The translations under genes and the position numbers were made by a program. The notes under the pieces were generated by a model. That model saw only the letters and a program-made list of their open reading frames with translations. It did no database searches and was not told where the DNA came from. This document shows, piece by piece, positions 32,773 to 44,253 of a stretch of 64,000 nt of DNA; the stretch's first letter is position 1; every line of letters starts with the position of its first letter. This DNA comes from Candidatus Omnitrophota bacterium (GTDB taxonomy: Bacteria; Omnitrophota; Gorgyraeia; 2-01-FULL-45-10): contig JAZDOS010000006.1 in assembly GCA_043798375.1 (NCBI GenBank), positions 9,523 to 73,522 on the forward strand, written 5' to 3'.

Positions 32773-34038
32773 CTACTTTTCTTTCTCTCTCCACACCCTC
32801 GCTCCAAGCTTCACGAGTTTCTCTTCGATAAACTCATACCCCCTGTCTAAATGGTAGATCCTCTGAACATCGGTCCTGCCTTTCGCGACGAGCCCCGCAA
32901 GCACAAGCGCCGCGGATGCCCGCAGGTCCGACGCCATAACAGGAGCGCCGCTTAAATTTTTCACGCCTTTTACGATAGCGCTGGCGCCCTCCAGTAAAAT
33001 ATTCGCGCCCATCCTGTTAAGTTCGCTTACATGAATAAATCTTTCCGGGTATATCTTTTCGGTTATGACGCTTATTCCGTCGGTTACCGCCATCAGGCTC
33101 ATGAACTGGGCCTGCATATCCGTAGGAAACCCCGGATACGGAAGCGTCGTGACATCCATCGGTTTAAGCCGTTTTGTGTAACGCACGCGCAAGCCGCCCG
33201 GAATATTCCGCACATCCAATCCTGCCTCCGCAAGCTTATCTATGAGCGCGACAAGATGCTCTGGTATCACATGCTTTAAAGTTATATCGCCCTTCGTTAC
33301 GGCCGCCGCTAATATATAAGTGCCGGCCTCGATCCTGTCGGGGATCACGGTGTGCTCCGCGCCGCGCAATCGCTTCACGCCTTCGATTATTATCCTGTGC
33401 GTGCCGTGCCCTTTTATCCTTGCGCCCATCTTTATGAGAAAATGCGCAAGGTCGACAACTTCCGGTTCGGACGCGGCGTTCTCGATAACGGTAACACCTT
33501 CTGCCAGTGTCGCGGCCATCATCGTATTGTCTGTCGCAAGCACGCTCGACCCGAAGTGGCCCCCAAGATAAACATTGCCGCCGCGCAACTTTCTACCGTC
33601 AGCTATTATGTATCCCTTCTCGACCTTTATGTCGGCGCCAAGCGCCTTTAAACCTTTCAGATGAAGGTCGATCGGACGCGGCCCGATAACGCAGCCGCCG
33701 GGAAACGACACCTTGGCCCTCCTCTGCTTCGCCAGTAACGGGCCGAGCACGCATATGGACGCGCGCATCGTCGAGACAAGCTCATAAGGCGCGACGTATC
33801 TCTTATAGCCTTTCGGCTCGACGATGATTGAACTTCGTTCCTGCTGAACGCGCGCTCCAAGGTTCTTCAGGATTTTCGTCATCGTCGACATGTCGCGAAG
33901 GTCCGGTATGTTGTGTATAACCGATTTTTCGTCGGACAACAGCGTTGCCGCCAGTATAGGCAGGCACGCGTTCTTCGCGCCGCTTATCGAAACGGCCCCT
34001 TTGAGCGCTCTTGCGCCTTCTATGACTAATTTATCCAT
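32773..34038 (-). CDS. murA: UDP-N-acetylglucosamine 1-carboxyvinyltransferase
   Basis: MDKLVIEGARALKGAVSISGAKNACLPILAATLL. Confidence 0.9.
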   Translation of the reverse strand: MDKLVIEGARALKGAVSISGAKNACLPILAATLLSDEKSVIHNIPDLRDMSTMTKILKNLGARVQQERSSIIVEPKGYKRYVAPYELVSTMRASICVLGPLLAKQRRAKVSFPGGCVIGPRPIDLHLKGLKALGADIKVEKGYIIADGRKLRGGNVYLGGHFGSSVLATDNTMMAATLAEGVTVIENAASEPEVVDLAHFLIKMGARIKGHGTHRIIIEGVKRLRGAEHTVIPDRIEAGTYILAAAVTKGDITLKHVIPEHLVALIDKLAEAGLDVRNIPGGLRVRYTKRLKPMDVTTLPYPGFPTDMQAQFMSLMAVTDGISVITEKIYPERFIHVSELNRMGANILLEGASAIVKGVKNLSGAPVMASDLRASAALVLAGLVAKGRTDVQRIYHLDRGYEFIEEKLVKLGARVWREKEK

Positions 34039-34700
34039 CGCGCAACCACAACCCTGTCGATTCCGTTAAAATCTTTCTTTATGCCTGTAACTTTAAATGC
34101 CCCGGCGCGGCCGATAATCTTCCTCACCTCGCCGGCCTGTCCGAAACCTATCTCGAACACTAAATATCCGCCGCTATTTAAGCATCGAGGCGCTTCCTGA
34201 ACGATCCTTCTGTAAAAACCTAAACCATCCTCCCCGCCGTCGAGCGCCAATCGCGGTTCCTTCAACACCTCTTTCTGGAGCGTTTCGAACTCAAATCCCG
34301 CGATATACGGCGGATTAGAGACAATAAGATCATATCTTCCTTTGATATTATTGAAAAGGTCGCTCGAAACAAATTCTATGTTATGTCCGGCGCCAAGTCT
34401 TGAACTGTTTTTCCTGGCCAACGCGAGCGCTTCTTCCGAAATATCGGAAGCGATTATTTTACAGTCGGGCAATGTTTTTGTCAATGCAATTGCGATATTT
34501 CCGGAACCTGTACACAAGTCCAGTATTGCGTATTGAGTACTGTGTATTGAGTAAAAAATTTCAGTTACGGTTTCAACCAATAACTCCGTCTCGGGCCGCG
34601 GAATAAAAACGCGCTCATCGACCAGAAAATCCATCCCGCAGAATTCTGCATGGCCGACTATGTACTGTATAGGCGTATATGGGGCTGTCGTATTCATCAT
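34026..34700 (-). CDS. prmC: release factor glutamine methyltransferase PrmC/HemK (short form)
   Basis: NPPYI motif and SAM-binding LDLCTGSGNIAIAL; adjacent to prfA. Confidence 0.75.
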   Translation of the reverse strand: MMNTTAPYTPIQYIVGHAEFCGMDFLVDERVFIPRPETELLVETVTEIFYSIHSTQYAILDLCTGSGNIAIALTKTLPDCKIIASDISEEALALARKNSSRLGAGHNIEFVSSDLFNNIKGRYDLIVSNPPYIAGFEFETLQKEVLKEPRLALDGGEDGLGFYRRIVQEAPRCLNSGGYLVFEIGFGQAGEVRKIIGRAGAFKVTGIKKDFNGIDRVVVARWIN

Positions 34701-34762
34701 ATATTTTATGATACCTTTCCCGCAACACCCGCAACATACCTTTAAAAAAGTTCAATTTACTA

Positions 34763-35839
34763 TCAAGTTATGTTGCGGAATAATCTTAATTTCTTATCTT
34801 CGGCCTTCAGCGCATCGACAACCTCATCCAGCTCGCCCTCGAGAACCTCTTCCAGATTATGGACAGTAAAGCCGATCCTGTGGTCGGTAATACGCCTGTC
34901 GGGAAAATTATAGGTCCTGATCTTTTCCGAGCGGTCGCCTGAACCGACCTGCGCCCTGCGCGAGGCGGCAATTCTTGAATCCTGCGCGGTCTTCTTCATG
35001 TCAAAAAGCCTGGCCCTTAAGACCCGCATGGCCTTGGCCTTATTCTTAAGCTGCGACCTCTCGTCCTGGCACGTTACCACTATTCCCGTCGGCAGGTGCG
35101 TGAGACGGACAGCCGAGTCTGTCCTGTTAACACCCTGGCCGCCCTTTCCGCCGGCTCTAAAAACATCTATCCTCAAATCTTCCGTCTTGATATCTATCTC
35201 GACATCTTCGGCCTCCGGCAATACCGCTACCGTCGCCGCCGAAGTGTGAATCCTCCCCGAAGCTTCCGTGTCGGGAACGCGCTGGACCCTGTGCGTGCCG
35301 CTCTCAAACTTAAGCCTTCCGTAAACACCCTTGCCGGAGATCGCGCATATCACTTCCTTGTATCCGCCTTTTTCGGTGGCGCTCGAATCTATCAGTTCGA
35401 GCTTCCAGCCGTTTTTGGCGGCGTATTTCGAATACATCCTTAAGAGGTCCGCGGCGAACAGGCTTGCTTCAAGTCCGCCGGTGCCCGCCCTTATCTCGAG
35501 TATTATATCTTTGTCGCTAAAAGTCTCTTTTTCCAATAGTAACTCTTCCAGCCGCCGCTTGGAATTTTCGAGCGCGATTTTAAGTTTATGCTTTTCCTCC
35601 TCGGCAAGAACCAGAAATTCCTTATCGTGCGTCTTCTCGGACAGGACCTTCTCCATATCCAAAAGGTCCTTCGAGAGCCTAATGTGCTCATTATAACCCT
35701 GGACAAGCGGAGTAAGGCCCGCAAGCTCTTTCGCGTAGCCCTGGTACTTGCTTGTGCTGGCGATCACCTTTGGATCGGCCAGGAGCTCGTGGAGCTTGTC
35801 GTACCGCTTCTTCTTATCTTCGAATACCTTATCGATCAT
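34763..35839 (-). CDS. prfA: peptide chain release factor 1
   Basis: GGQ motif in AGGKGGQGVNRTDSAVRLTHLPTGIVV. Confidence 0.9.
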   Translation of the reverse strand: MIDKVFEDKKKRYDKLHELLADPKVIASTSKYQGYAKELAGLTPLVQGYNEHIRLSKDLLDMEKVLSEKTHDKEFLVLAEEEKHKLKIALENSKRRLEELLLEKETFSDKDIILEIRAGTGGLEASLFAADLLRMYSKYAAKNGWKLELIDSSATEKGGYKEVICAISGKGVYGRLKFESGTHRVQRVPDTEASGRIHTSAATVAVLPEAEDVEIDIKTEDLRIDVFRAGGKGGQGVNRTDSAVRLTHLPTGIVVTCQDERSQLKNKAKAMRVLRARLFDMKKTAQDSRIAASRRAQVGSGDRSEKIRTYNFPDRRITDHRIGFTVHNLEEVLEGELDEVVDALKAEDKKLRLFRNIT

Positions 35840-35840
35840 C

Positions 35841-36110
35841 TTATTCCGGCTTCGGATGTTCTTCCTTCTTTATCTCCTGAGGCTCAACGACCCTGTCTTT
35901 TTTCGTCTTTACTTTGCCGGCGTAACGTTTGGCAAACTTCTCGACGCGCCCCGCAGAGTCAAGCAGTTTCTGCTTGCCGGTAAAGAACGGGTGGCACTTC
36001 GAGCAGATATCGACGTGGATACCCTGCTTTGTCGAGCGGGTATGTATCACCTCGCCGCAGACGCATGCTATCGTCGTCTCTTTGTACTCCGGATGAATTT
36101 TGTCCTTCAT
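35841..36110 (-). CDS. rpmE: 50S ribosomal protein L31
   Basis: [48 protein letters not shown]. The ORF-table N-terminal extension overlaps the rho spacer and was rejected. Confidence 0.8.
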   Translation of the reverse strand: MKDKIHPEYKETTIACVCGEVIHTRSTKQGIHVDICSKCHPFFTGKQKLLDSAGRVEKFAKRYAGKVKTKKDRVVEPQEIKKEEHPKPE

Positions 36111-36123
36111 CGTATCCTCCTTG

Positions 36124-36173
36124 TCAACCTCGCAGGTTGCCTTCACGGTAAACCGATAGGCAACCTGCGAGGT
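36124..36173. repeat. REP-like palindrome variant (caacctcgcaggttgcc ... ggcaacctgcgaggtt) between rho and rpmE
   Basis: Shares the AACCTCGCAGGTTG core with the 30576 and 63656 elements. Confidence 0.65.
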
Positions 36174-36184
36174 TATATATACGG

Positions 36185-37432
36185 TTATTTGTTCATTGAC
36201 ATCAAAAACTCGGCGTTCGTCTTCGATTTCGCGAGCTTTTCGATCAATAACTGCATCGCCTCGTCGGTATTGAGGTCGTTCAATACCTTCCTCATGAGCC
36301 ATATCCGCTTCAGCTCGTCGGGATGGACAAGTAGTTCCTCTTTCCTCGTATTCGACCGTTTTATATCGATCGCGGGATATATGCGCTTCTGGAAAAGGTT
36401 CCTGTCCATCTGAAGCTCCATATTGCCGGTCCCCTTGAACTCCTCGAATATGACTTCATCCATACGCGATCCGGTATCAACGAGGGCCGTCGCGATGATC
36501 GTCAGGCTCCCTCCCTCCTCGATGTTGCGGGCCGCGCCCAGGAAACGCTTTGGTTTCTGAAGCGCGTTCGAATCGACGCCGCCCGAGAGAATCTTTCCCG
36601 AATGCGGCACGCAAGCGTTGTACGCCCGCGCAAGCCTTGTGATCGAATCGAGAAGTATAACAACGTCCTTTTTCGATTCGACAAGGCGCTTCGCCTTCTC
36701 AAGCACAATCTCCGCGACCTGTATGTGCCTCTCTGACGGTTCGTCAAAAGTCGATGATATCACCTCGCCCTTTACGGAGCGCTGCATATCGGTAACTTCT
36801 TCCGGCCGTTCGTCTATCAGAAGGACGATCAGGACGGCCTCCGGATAGTTGGTCGTGACGGCGTTGGCGAATTTCTGCAATAATACGGTCTTGCCGCTGT
36901 AAGGCGGGGCGACTATCATGCCGCGTTGGCCCTTGCCGACCGGCGTCAGGAGATCCATTACCCTCATCGAAAGCTCGTCCGACTTCGTCTCAAGAATAAA
37001 CCTCTCGTCCGGATAGAGAGGCGTCAGGTTGTCGAACAGGGTCTTGTCTTTCGTCTCGTCCGGGTTCCCGAAGTTCACGGCCTCGACCTTAAGAAGCGCG
37101 AAATATCTTTCGCCTTCCTTCGGAGGCCTGATCTGGCCGCTTACCGTATCCCCTGTCCTCAGGTTGAACTTCCGTATCTGCGACGGTGATACATATATGT
37201 CGTCCGGGCCGGGCAGGTAATTGTAGTCGGGGCTTCTAAGAAACCCGAATCCGTCAGGCAATATCTCCAACACGCCTTCGCCGAAGATGAGGCCCTCCTT
37301 TTCGGTCCTCGCCTGAAGGATCCTGAATATGAGGTCCTGCTTCTTCAGGCCGCTTATTCCGTTCACGTTCAAATCCTTTGCGAGCTTCGTCAGCTCCAAG
37401 ATACTCATCGCTTTCAGATCGGCTATTTCCAT
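36185..37432 (-). CDS. rho: transcription termination factor Rho
   Basis: N-terminal [26 protein letters not shown]-binding and RecA-like ATPase regions. Start taken at MEIADL. Confidence 0.9.
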   Translation of the reverse strand: MEIADLKAMSILELTKLAKDLNVNGISGLKKQDLIFRILQARTEKEGLIFGEGVLEILPDGFGFLRSPDYNYLPGPDDIYVSPSQIRKFNLRTGDTVSGQIRPPKEGERYFALLKVEAVNFGNPDETKDKTLFDNLTPLYPDERFILETKSDELSMRVMDLLTPVGKGQRGMIVAPPYSGKTVLLQKFANAVTTNYPEAVLIVLLIDERPEEVTDMQRSVKGEVISSTFDEPSERHIQVAEIVLEKAKRLVESKKDVVILLDSITRLARAYNACVPHSGKILSGGVDSNALQKPKRFLGAARNIEEGGSLTIIATALVDTGSRMDEVIFEEFKGTGNMELQMDRNLFQKRIYPAIDIKRSNTRKEELLVHPDELKRIWLMRKVLNDLNTDEAMQLLIEKLAKSKTNAEFLMSMNK

Positions 37433-38013
37433 ACGATCTCCCTCCATACACTTCTTACCTGAGCCCTTGTCCATGACCTCGTCCGGCTGTTGTCGATTAC
37501 GAAATCCGCCACTTCCATTTTCTTCCTTATCGGTAATTGATTTTTTATTCGTTTTAATATTTCCTCCCTTTCGATGCGGAATTTATTTTCGCATCTTTTT
37601 ATTTGTTCGCTCTTTGAGCAAATGACCACTACTATCTTATCGGTTATCTTCGCCAAACCCGCTTCGATCAAAAGCGGCGCGTCTATAACCGCTACACCTC
37701 TACACCTGAGGCTTTTTAATTTTTTTCTGATTATTTTTATTACTTCAGGATGGACAATTCTATTGAGGCGCCGCAATTTTGACCGGCTCTCAAAAACCGC
37801 CTTCCCGAGCTTACGCCTGTCGATATTTGCGCGGCTATCCAGAATGTTCGCGCCGAATGTGCTGACAATTTTTCTATACGCGATCGAACCTTTCTTAATG
37901 ACCGTATGGGCTATCCGGTCGGCGTCTATCACTTTCGCGCCGAGAGATCTGAATATAGACCCGACAAATGTCTTTCCTGTGCCGAAACCGCCTGTCAGCC
38001 CTATAACCGTCAC
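37423..38013 (-). CDS. coaE: dephospho-CoA kinase
   Basis: [18 protein letters not shown]-loop. Confidence 0.85.
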   Translation of the reverse strand: MTVIGLTGGFGTGKTFVGSIFRSLGAKVIDADRIAHTVIKKGSIAYRKIVSTFGANILDSRANIDRRKLGKAVFESRSKLRRLNRIVHPEVIKIIRKKLKSLRCRGVAVIDAPLLIEAGLAKITDKIVVVICSKSEQIKRCENKFRIEREEILKRIKNQLPIRKKMEVADFVIDNSRTRSWTRAQVRSVWREIVWK

Positions 38014-38063
38014 CCCGCACCTTCTTTCACCCCCTCACCCTCCAAAGAAGGTGCGGGGTTCAT

Positions 38064-39455
38064 TTATTTATTGTACAGTATTTTATTATATAATTTGAGA
38101 TACTGCGCTGCCGAGGCGTTCCAGGAAAAATCGAGATTCATCACTTTTTTCACAAGCCCGGCCCACGTTTCTTTATTGTTGTAGAGCAATAATCCCTTCT
38201 TTATCGCCGCGAATAACCTGTCGGGTTTATATTCCTCGAACGTGAATCCGTTGCCGCGCATCGTCTTCGCGTCAAATTCCGTCACGCTGTCCTTCAGTCC
38301 CCCTGTCTGCCTTACCACCGGAATCGTCCCGTATTTGAAGCTTATCATCTGCCCGAGGCCGCAGGGCTCGTATCTCGACGGAATAAGGAAGAGATCGGAG
38401 GCCGCGTATATCTTCTGCGCCAATGTCGCGTCAAATTTCAGGTTTATCGACGTATTCTTTGGGTGGGCCTTCGCCATCTTTTCAAATAGGACGTGGTACT
38501 TATTATCGCCTGTCCCCAGAAGGACAAACTGTATCTTCAGATTTAAAAGATCGTCTATAATCTTCGCGATCAGGTCAAGGCCTTTTTGGTCCGCAAGGCG
38601 CGATATGAGGCCGATCATCGGTATGTCGCGATCGATTTTGAGACCGAGCTCTTTCTGCAGATTTTCCTTATTAATATACTTATCGCCGCTCGTCTCAATC
38701 GAGTAGTTCTTAAAGATCTTTTTATCGGTCCCGGGATTCCATTGATCGTAATCAAGCCCGTTAAGAATGCCGGATGAGGCATCAACCCTTGTCTTCAATA
38801 CGCCCTCCAGGCCGCAGCCGAACTCTTTGGTCAGGATCTCTTTAGCGTATGTCGGGCTCACGGTCGATATCGCGTCGGAATATACGAGCCCCGCCTTCAT
38901 CAGGTTGACCTTGTCGTAGAATTCGAAGTAGTCGATGCTGAAGAGGATCCAGTCTAACCCTGTTTTCGGAAACTCGTCTTTAGGGAAGAGGCCCTGATAC
39001 GCCATATTATGTATGGTAAAGAGGGTTTTCGTATTCGAGAAGAACGGGTCGAACTTATAATTTGTATTCAAATAGACCGGTATGAGCGCCGTCTGCCAGT
39101 CGTTGCAATTGATTATATCGGGCGCGAAATTTTCGCTTTTACATCTTTCGAGCGCACCTTTACAAAAGAATACGAACCTGTCGAGGTTATCATGATAGTC
39201 GCCGAATTTATCGCCGTAGAGTTCGATTCTCTTAAAATAATCGTCGTTTTCGACGAAATAGACCTTTACGTTCTTTCCTATGGTCGTTTCATCGCCCCTG
39301 GCCTTAACGGATGCGTATTTAGGCATAATAACCCTTACGTCAACGCCTAACTCTTCCAGCGCTATCGGTAAGCTTCCCGCAACGTCCGCCAATCCTCCTG
39401 TCTTCGCGAACGGCATGACTTCGCTCGAGGCGAACAGAACTTTTAATCTCTGCAT
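38064..39455 (-). CDS. glgA: glycogen synthase (ADP-glucose type)
   Basis: KVLFASSEVMPFAKTGGLADVAGSLP. Confidence 0.85.
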   Translation of the reverse strand: MQRLKVLFASSEVMPFAKTGGLADVAGSLPIALEELGVDVRVIMPKYASVKARGDETTIGKNVKVYFVENDDYFKRIELYGDKFGDYHDNLDRFVFFCKGALERCKSENFAPDIINCNDWQTALIPVYLNTNYKFDPFFSNTKTLFTIHNMAYQGLFPKDEFPKTGLDWILFSIDYFEFYDKVNLMKAGLVYSDAISTVSPTYAKEILTKEFGCGLEGVLKTRVDASSGILNGLDYDQWNPGTDKKIFKNYSIETSGDKYINKENLQKELGLKIDRDIPMIGLISRLADQKGLDLIAKIIDDLLNLKIQFVLLGTGDNKYHVLFEKMAKAHPKNTSINLKFDATLAQKIYAASDLFLIPSRYEPCGLGQMISFKYGTIPVVRQTGGLKDSVTEFDAKTMRGNGFTFEEYKPDRLFAAIKKGLLLYNNKETWAGLVKKVMNLDFSWNASAAQYLKLYNKILYNK

Positions 39456-39608
39456 TTCTCCCCCGTCATTCGTTTTTCGTCTATCGGTTGCGCAACCGAT
39501 TAACGCAACCTATGGTTTATATGATTCCATCCGCCTTCGCAATCAACTGGTGATAGAGTAGGCGCTTCGGCGGATGTCCGTCGTACGCTATCTTCCCTGA
39601 ATATCTAT

Positions 39609-42272
39609 TCACAGGAAGGCGGACATTTCCAGCCAATTCTTACCTATCTCTATATGCGCCTCTATCGGCACTTTGAGTTTCATGACGTTCTCCATGCCGG
39701 CCTTTACTATTTTATAAACATCCTTCAGTTCTTCCTTCGGAACGTCGAGAACAAGCTCATCATGCACCTGAAGCGTCATAAGGCTTGCCAATTTGTGCTT
39801 GGCAAGATTTTCATTAATGGCTATCATCGCGATCTTTATGACGTCGGCCGCGGATCCCTGAATGGGCGTATTTATCGCGGTCCTCTCGGCAAATTGCCTT
39901 ATCCTCATATCCTGGCTATTGATCTCGGGAATATATCGCCGCCTTCCCAATATCGTGGTGACATAACCGCTTTCCCTGGCCTCGACAACCAATCCTTCGA
40001 GGTACTGCCTGACGTCCGGGTACCTTTCGAAATACGCGTCAATGAACTCTTTCGCCTTATCGACCCCTATCCCTAAACTTTGCGAAAGGCCGTAAGGGCT
40101 CATCCCGTATATGATGCCGAAATTTACCGTCTTCGCCATGCCGCGCATCTCGGGCGTAACATCATTTTCGTTTACTCCAAATACGAGACTTGCCGTATAT
40201 GCGTGAATATCCAGCCCTTCTTTAAATGCCTTGGCAAGCTGCTTATCACCGGATAGATGCGCCAGTATCCTCAACTCGATCTGCGAATAATCTGCCGACA
40301 ATAGAGTATTATTTTTAGACGAAGGTATGAACGCCTTCCTTATCTTTCTGCCTTCCTCGGTCTTAATCGGAATATTCTGCAGATTGGGATCGCTCGACGA
40401 AAGCCTTCCTGTCGCCGTCACCGTCTGGTTGAAGTTCGTATGGACGCGGCCGGTTTTCGGATTAACGAGCGCCGGCAATGTGTCGACGTATGTCGATTTT
40501 AGTTTCGCCAGTTCGCGGTATTCCAGAAGAGCTTTCGGAAGCTTATGAATTGAGGCGAGCTTCGTCAGGACCTCTTCATCGGTCGACATACCCGTCTTCG
40601 TCTTTTTTATCACGGGAAGCTTGAGCTTCTCAAAGAGTATCTTCGAAAGCTGTTTCGGGGAATTTATGTTGAATTCCTCTCCGGCGATCTCGTGTATATG
40701 TTTTGTAAGCTTATTCAGCTTCCTGTCCATCTCCTCCGACAGGCCGGCAAGATAAACTTTGTCGATCGATACGCCGTTTATCTCCATAACGGCCAATACC
40801 GTAATGAGCGGTATCTCGACCTTGTAAAAGAGTTCGCCCAGGTCTTTCCCTGATATCTCTTTTTCCAGGACCTTCTCGAGCCTCAAAGTTACATCGCTAT
40901 CCTCACAGCAGTAGTTCGCCGCCTTGTCAACATCAACCTTGTCCATCGTGATAGCGCTCTTACCCTTGCCCAATAAGTCGGTGATCGGCGTCGTCATCTT
41001 ATGATTCAGGTATTCGAACGATATATCTTCGAGGTTATGATTGAGCTTCGACGGATTCAGGACGTATGAGGCGACCATCGTATCGAACTTGATCCCTTTC
41101 AATTCGATCCCGTAATTTGCCAATACTATATATTCATACTTGATATTCTGGCCCGTCTTATGAATATGGCTATTTTCAAATACGGGCTTGAGCGCGGCCA
41201 AAACTTCATCGACGTTAAAATATTTATTCGCCGGCACATAACAAGCCTCGCCGACTTTCCATGAGAATGAAACGCCCACGAGCTCGGCCAGCATCGGGTC
41301 AACGTTTGTCGTCTCGACATCGAAGGTGAATTCCTTCAGCTTCTTCAATTCGCCGACCAGCTTTTCGAATTTCTTTTCGTTATCGATCAATTCGTAGGAT
41401 GAATCCAGCTTCTCCTTGGGCGTCAGGTCTTTTAACATCGATTTAAATTCGAGCTCCTTATATAATTCGAGAAGCTTCGTCTCATCCGGGCCTTTAAGCT
41501 CCAACCCCTTAAAATCGACCTTTATGGGCACCTCGGTATCGAGCACCGCAAGCTCCTTGCTCATGATCGCCATATCTTTATTATCTTCGAGCATCTTTCT
41601 TCTCGATTCACTCTTTATCTTGTCCGCGTTCTTGAGCAGATTCTCAAGGGACCCGAACTCTCCTATCAATTCAACAGCCGTCTTTTCGCCGATCCCCTTG
41701 ACGCCCGGGATGTTGTCGGTCGCATCCCCCATCAGGCTCATTATGTCTATCATCCGCTCCGGCCTGACACCATAAGCTTCTTCGACCGCCTTTGCATCGT
41801 ATATGAGGCCCTCTTTGTGGGTGCTCATAACCTTTATATGAGGATTTACAAGCTGCAGCGCGTCCTTATCGCCGGTCACTATGAATGTCTCGATATCGTG
41901 CGACTCGGCCTTTTTGGCGATGGTCGCCAACACATCATCCGCCTCGTAGCCTTCCATCTCGTATATCGGTATATTGTTCGCCCCTACCAGCTTCTTTATA
42001 TAAGGGATTTGGCTTACGAGGTCGTCCGGCATCGGTTTTCTGTGGATTTTGTATTCTTTGTACTTCTTGTGCCTGAATGTCGGCCCCTTGAGGTCAAACG
42101 CCACCGCGAGCATATCAGGCTTGTTTTCCTTAACTATCTTATTGAGCATCGTAAGGAAGCCATATATGGCATTCGTAGGCTGCCCCTTGGAATTGGAAAG
42201 CGGCCTTATGGCATAATAAGCCCTGTAACAAAACGAGTTTCCGTCAATCAGGAATAGCCTGGTTTTGGACAT
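39609..42272 (-). CDS. polA: DNA polymerase I
   Basis: 887 aa with 5'-3' exonuclease N-terminus, 3'-5' exonuclease and polymerase domains. Confidence 0.9.
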   Translation of the reverse strand: MSKTRLFLIDGNSFCYRAYYAIRPLSNSKGQPTNAIYGFLTMLNKIVKENKPDMLAVAFDLKGPTFRHKKYKEYKIHRKPMPDDLVSQIPYIKKLVGANNIPIYEMEGYEADDVLATIAKKAESHDIETFIVTGDKDALQLVNPHIKVMSTHKEGLIYDAKAVEEAYGVRPERMIDIMSLMGDATDNIPGVKGIGEKTAVELIGEFGSLENLLKNADKIKSESRRKMLEDNKDMAIMSKELAVLDTEVPIKVDFKGLELKGPDETKLLELYKELEFKSMLKDLTPKEKLDSSYELIDNEKKFEKLVGELKKLKEFTFDVETTNVDPMLAELVGVSFSWKVGEACYVPANKYFNVDEVLAALKPVFENSHIHKTGQNIKYEYIVLANYGIELKGIKFDTMVASYVLNPSKLNHNLEDISFEYLNHKMTTPITDLLGKGKSAITMDKVDVDKAANYCCEDSDVTLRLEKVLEKEISGKDLGELFYKVEIPLITVLAVMEINGVSIDKVYLAGLSEEMDRKLNKLTKHIHEIAGEEFNINSPKQLSKILFEKLKLPVIKKTKTGMSTDEEVLTKLASIHKLPKALLEYRELAKLKSTYVDTLPALVNPKTGRVHTNFNQTVTATGRLSSSDPNLQNIPIKTEEGRKIRKAFIPSSKNNTLLSADYSQIELRILAHLSGDKQLAKAFKEGLDIHAYTASLVFGVNENDVTPEMRGMAKTVNFGIIYGMSPYGLSQSLGIGVDKAKEFIDAYFERYPDVRQYLEGLVVEARESGYVTTILGRRRYIPEINSQDMRIRQFAERTAINTPIQGSAADVIKIAMIAINENLAKHKLASLMTLQVHDELVLDVPKEELKDVYKIVKAGMENVMKLKVPIEAHIEIGKNWLEMSAFL

Positions 42273-42351
42273 TATGCGGCAAGCCTAATAGGTCAGATGA
42301 TATGAGGAACGATTCGGCATTTTATCAATTTATTGGGATTTATTCTGCTAC

Positions 42352-42440
42352 GCAAATCAATACGAAAAATTCAGGTGTTGCTTCGCAGGAATAATTCTCC
42401 GAAGCAATTCCTGTGTTTTCCATCTGTTTTGCGAAGGAGA
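42352..42440. repeat. member (reverse orientation) of a dispersed intergenic repeat family sharing GCGAAGCA...TTGATT(T)GCG(A/T)AG; also contains a 7-bp hairpin
   Basis: The reverse complement reads tcctgcgaagcaacacctgaatttttcgtattgatttgcgtagcag; compare 45745, 51869 and 58603. Confidence 0.45.
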
Positions 42441-42587
42441 ATAGCTTATTTCGAGTTGATTTTCCGTAAACAGAAAGGATCTTCGACTTGCCCCGTTAGA
42501 AATAAATTTCTAACGGGGCTTGCTAAAATCTAATAATAGTATACCCGAAATGGCCGTTTTGTCAAGAGGAAAATGGTTATTCGGCTC

Positions 42588-44165
42588 CTACGAGAGGTCG
42601 TTTGTTCTCTTGATATGGTCCGACAGGTAATTCCCTGTAAGGTCGTCGATCGACTGGGTAAGTTCCTGGATACGCAGCTCCTTGTCAAACCTTGTCTTCA
42701 TATCCTTCGGTGGATTGGCCATGATCTCGAACTGCAGCCGCTTTCTTTCGAAATACACGCGCCTGAGGTCGTCAAGGATATCATTCCTGAGCTGGGTGGT
42801 CAGCCTGGAGCGGACGTCGATATTTGTCTGGTCGTCGGACCAGATAAGGTCGCCGAGTTCCCAGATTAGGGTTGCATCCCAGTCTATACTGTCACGACCG
42901 GGCCTTAAAACGTCATCGTTTTCCTTTACAGTTGACCCGCCCTCCCAGTGCCAAAGGTCTGTGCTATTCCTGTCTATACCAAATGACACTTTTGGCAGAA
43001 GCGCCCTCGCCTTCGATTCGCTCCGCCATTTCTTTATCTTCTCGGGCCCCACCTCATTGAACATGATGGCCGCCTGCTGTAATTCTCTAATAGTCGGCTC
43101 GTTGTCGAATATTATCTTAAGGCCTTTGATGTTCCTCTCCACGTCTATAAACTGATCTGATGTGAAACGGCCGCTTTCAAGCCTGTATAGGCCGCCTTCC
43201 GTTACAGCCCAAATCGAGCCTTCGTTTTCATTGTCAAAAAGGAGCGATCTCACGCTATAGGTCTTATCCATGCCCTTATATAATTCGAGCCATTTCGCCT
43301 TATCCTTGTCGAATTCAAAAACACCCTTGGTCGTTGCGCAATACAGCTTCTCCGGCTTTCTCGAAGGGAGAATATAGTTTATGCTGCCGGTTAAGCCGGC
43401 GCGGGAAAATCCGATCCAGGCCTTTCCGCCGTCATCGGAATATAAGATATTCTTATCTACGCCCGCGTATATCCTGGATCCCTTAAACGCTATGCAATTG
43501 ACCGATCCGTCCGCATCCTCGGCCTCTATGAAATCCCGTGTCTCTTCTTCGGCGCGCTCCTCCGAAGAGGCCTCTCTCACATATATCCTCTCCCATCCCA
43601 TGGCATCGATCTTGCGGGAATATAATCCGTCGCTCGAAGCCGCGTAAATCGTATCCTTAGACATGCCTATGCAAGTTACGCGCCTGTTTTTAAGATTGTA
43701 ACTTATATCCTGCCAGTTTGCCCCTAAATCTTCACTTATAAAAATGCCCTTTTCGGTACCGATCAGGACTTCGCTCTTATTGTACTTCGACACCTCGATA
43801 CAAAGGATGTTGTTTTTGTCCGGCAGGATCGTCATGAAAACGTTCCTCCAGTTCCGGGAGCCCCCTTGCGCCCGGAAAAGGCCGCGTTTTGTGCCGATAA
43901 ACAGATTCTTCGAATTCCCGCTCATGCATGTTATCTCGTTCCCGCCTGACGGCATGGAAAACATCTCCTCCCATTTCGATTTTGCGTCGAGCGCCCTGTA
44001 CAATTCCTTCCTGGTGGCCAGATAGATACCGCCATCATCTATCACCATGGCGCGTGAATCGACATTCCGGATGTTCCCGTCCTTGCCCACCCATAGCTCC
44101 TGAGCGAAAACCGTTGAGATCAAATAGAAAATCGTTATTGTCTGCAATAAAACACTTCTACCCAT
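42588..44165 (-). CDS. secreted BNR/Ycf48-like beta-propeller repeat protein
   Basis: Signal peptide MGRSVLLQTITIFYLISTVFAQE; repeated GxxW motifs (GANWQ, GGKAW, GGSRNW). Confidence 0.5.
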   Translation of the reverse strand: MGRSVLLQTITIFYLISTVFAQELWVGKDGNIRNVDSRAMVIDDGGIYLATRKELYRALDAKSKWEEMFSMPSGGNEITCMSGNSKNLFIGTKRGLFRAQGGSRNWRNVFMTILPDKNNILCIEVSKYNKSEVLIGTEKGIFISEDLGANWQDISYNLKNRRVTCIGMSKDTIYAASSDGLYSRKIDAMGWERIYVREASSEERAEEETRDFIEAEDADGSVNCIAFKGSRIYAGVDKNILYSDDGGKAWIGFSRAGLTGSINYILPSRKPEKLYCATTKGVFEFDKDKAKWLELYKGMDKTYSVRSLLFDNENEGSIWAVTEGGLYRLESGRFTSDQFIDVERNIKGLKIIFDNEPTIRELQQAAIMFNEVGPEKIKKWRSESKARALLPKVSFGIDRNSTDLWHWEGGSTVKENDDVLRPGRDSIDWDATLIWELGDLIWSDDQTNIDVRSRLTTQLRNDILDDLRRVYFERKRLQFEIMANPPKDMKTRFDKELRIQELTQSIDDLTGNYLSDHIKRTNDLS

Positions 44166-44253
44166 AGCGCTCTCCTCGTTTAAAGAGAGCAGGATATCAT
44201 TTATTTGATTTTTTGTCAACAATAATTTTATTTATTATCAAATCGGGCGGGCG

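Noticed and set aside
35841-36302. Full 153-aa ORF as the L31 gene
   Set aside because: Only the C-terminal 89 aa match ribosomal protein L31. The N-terminal 64 aa are an ORF-finder extension across the REP-like palindrome and the rho spacer, with no RBS.
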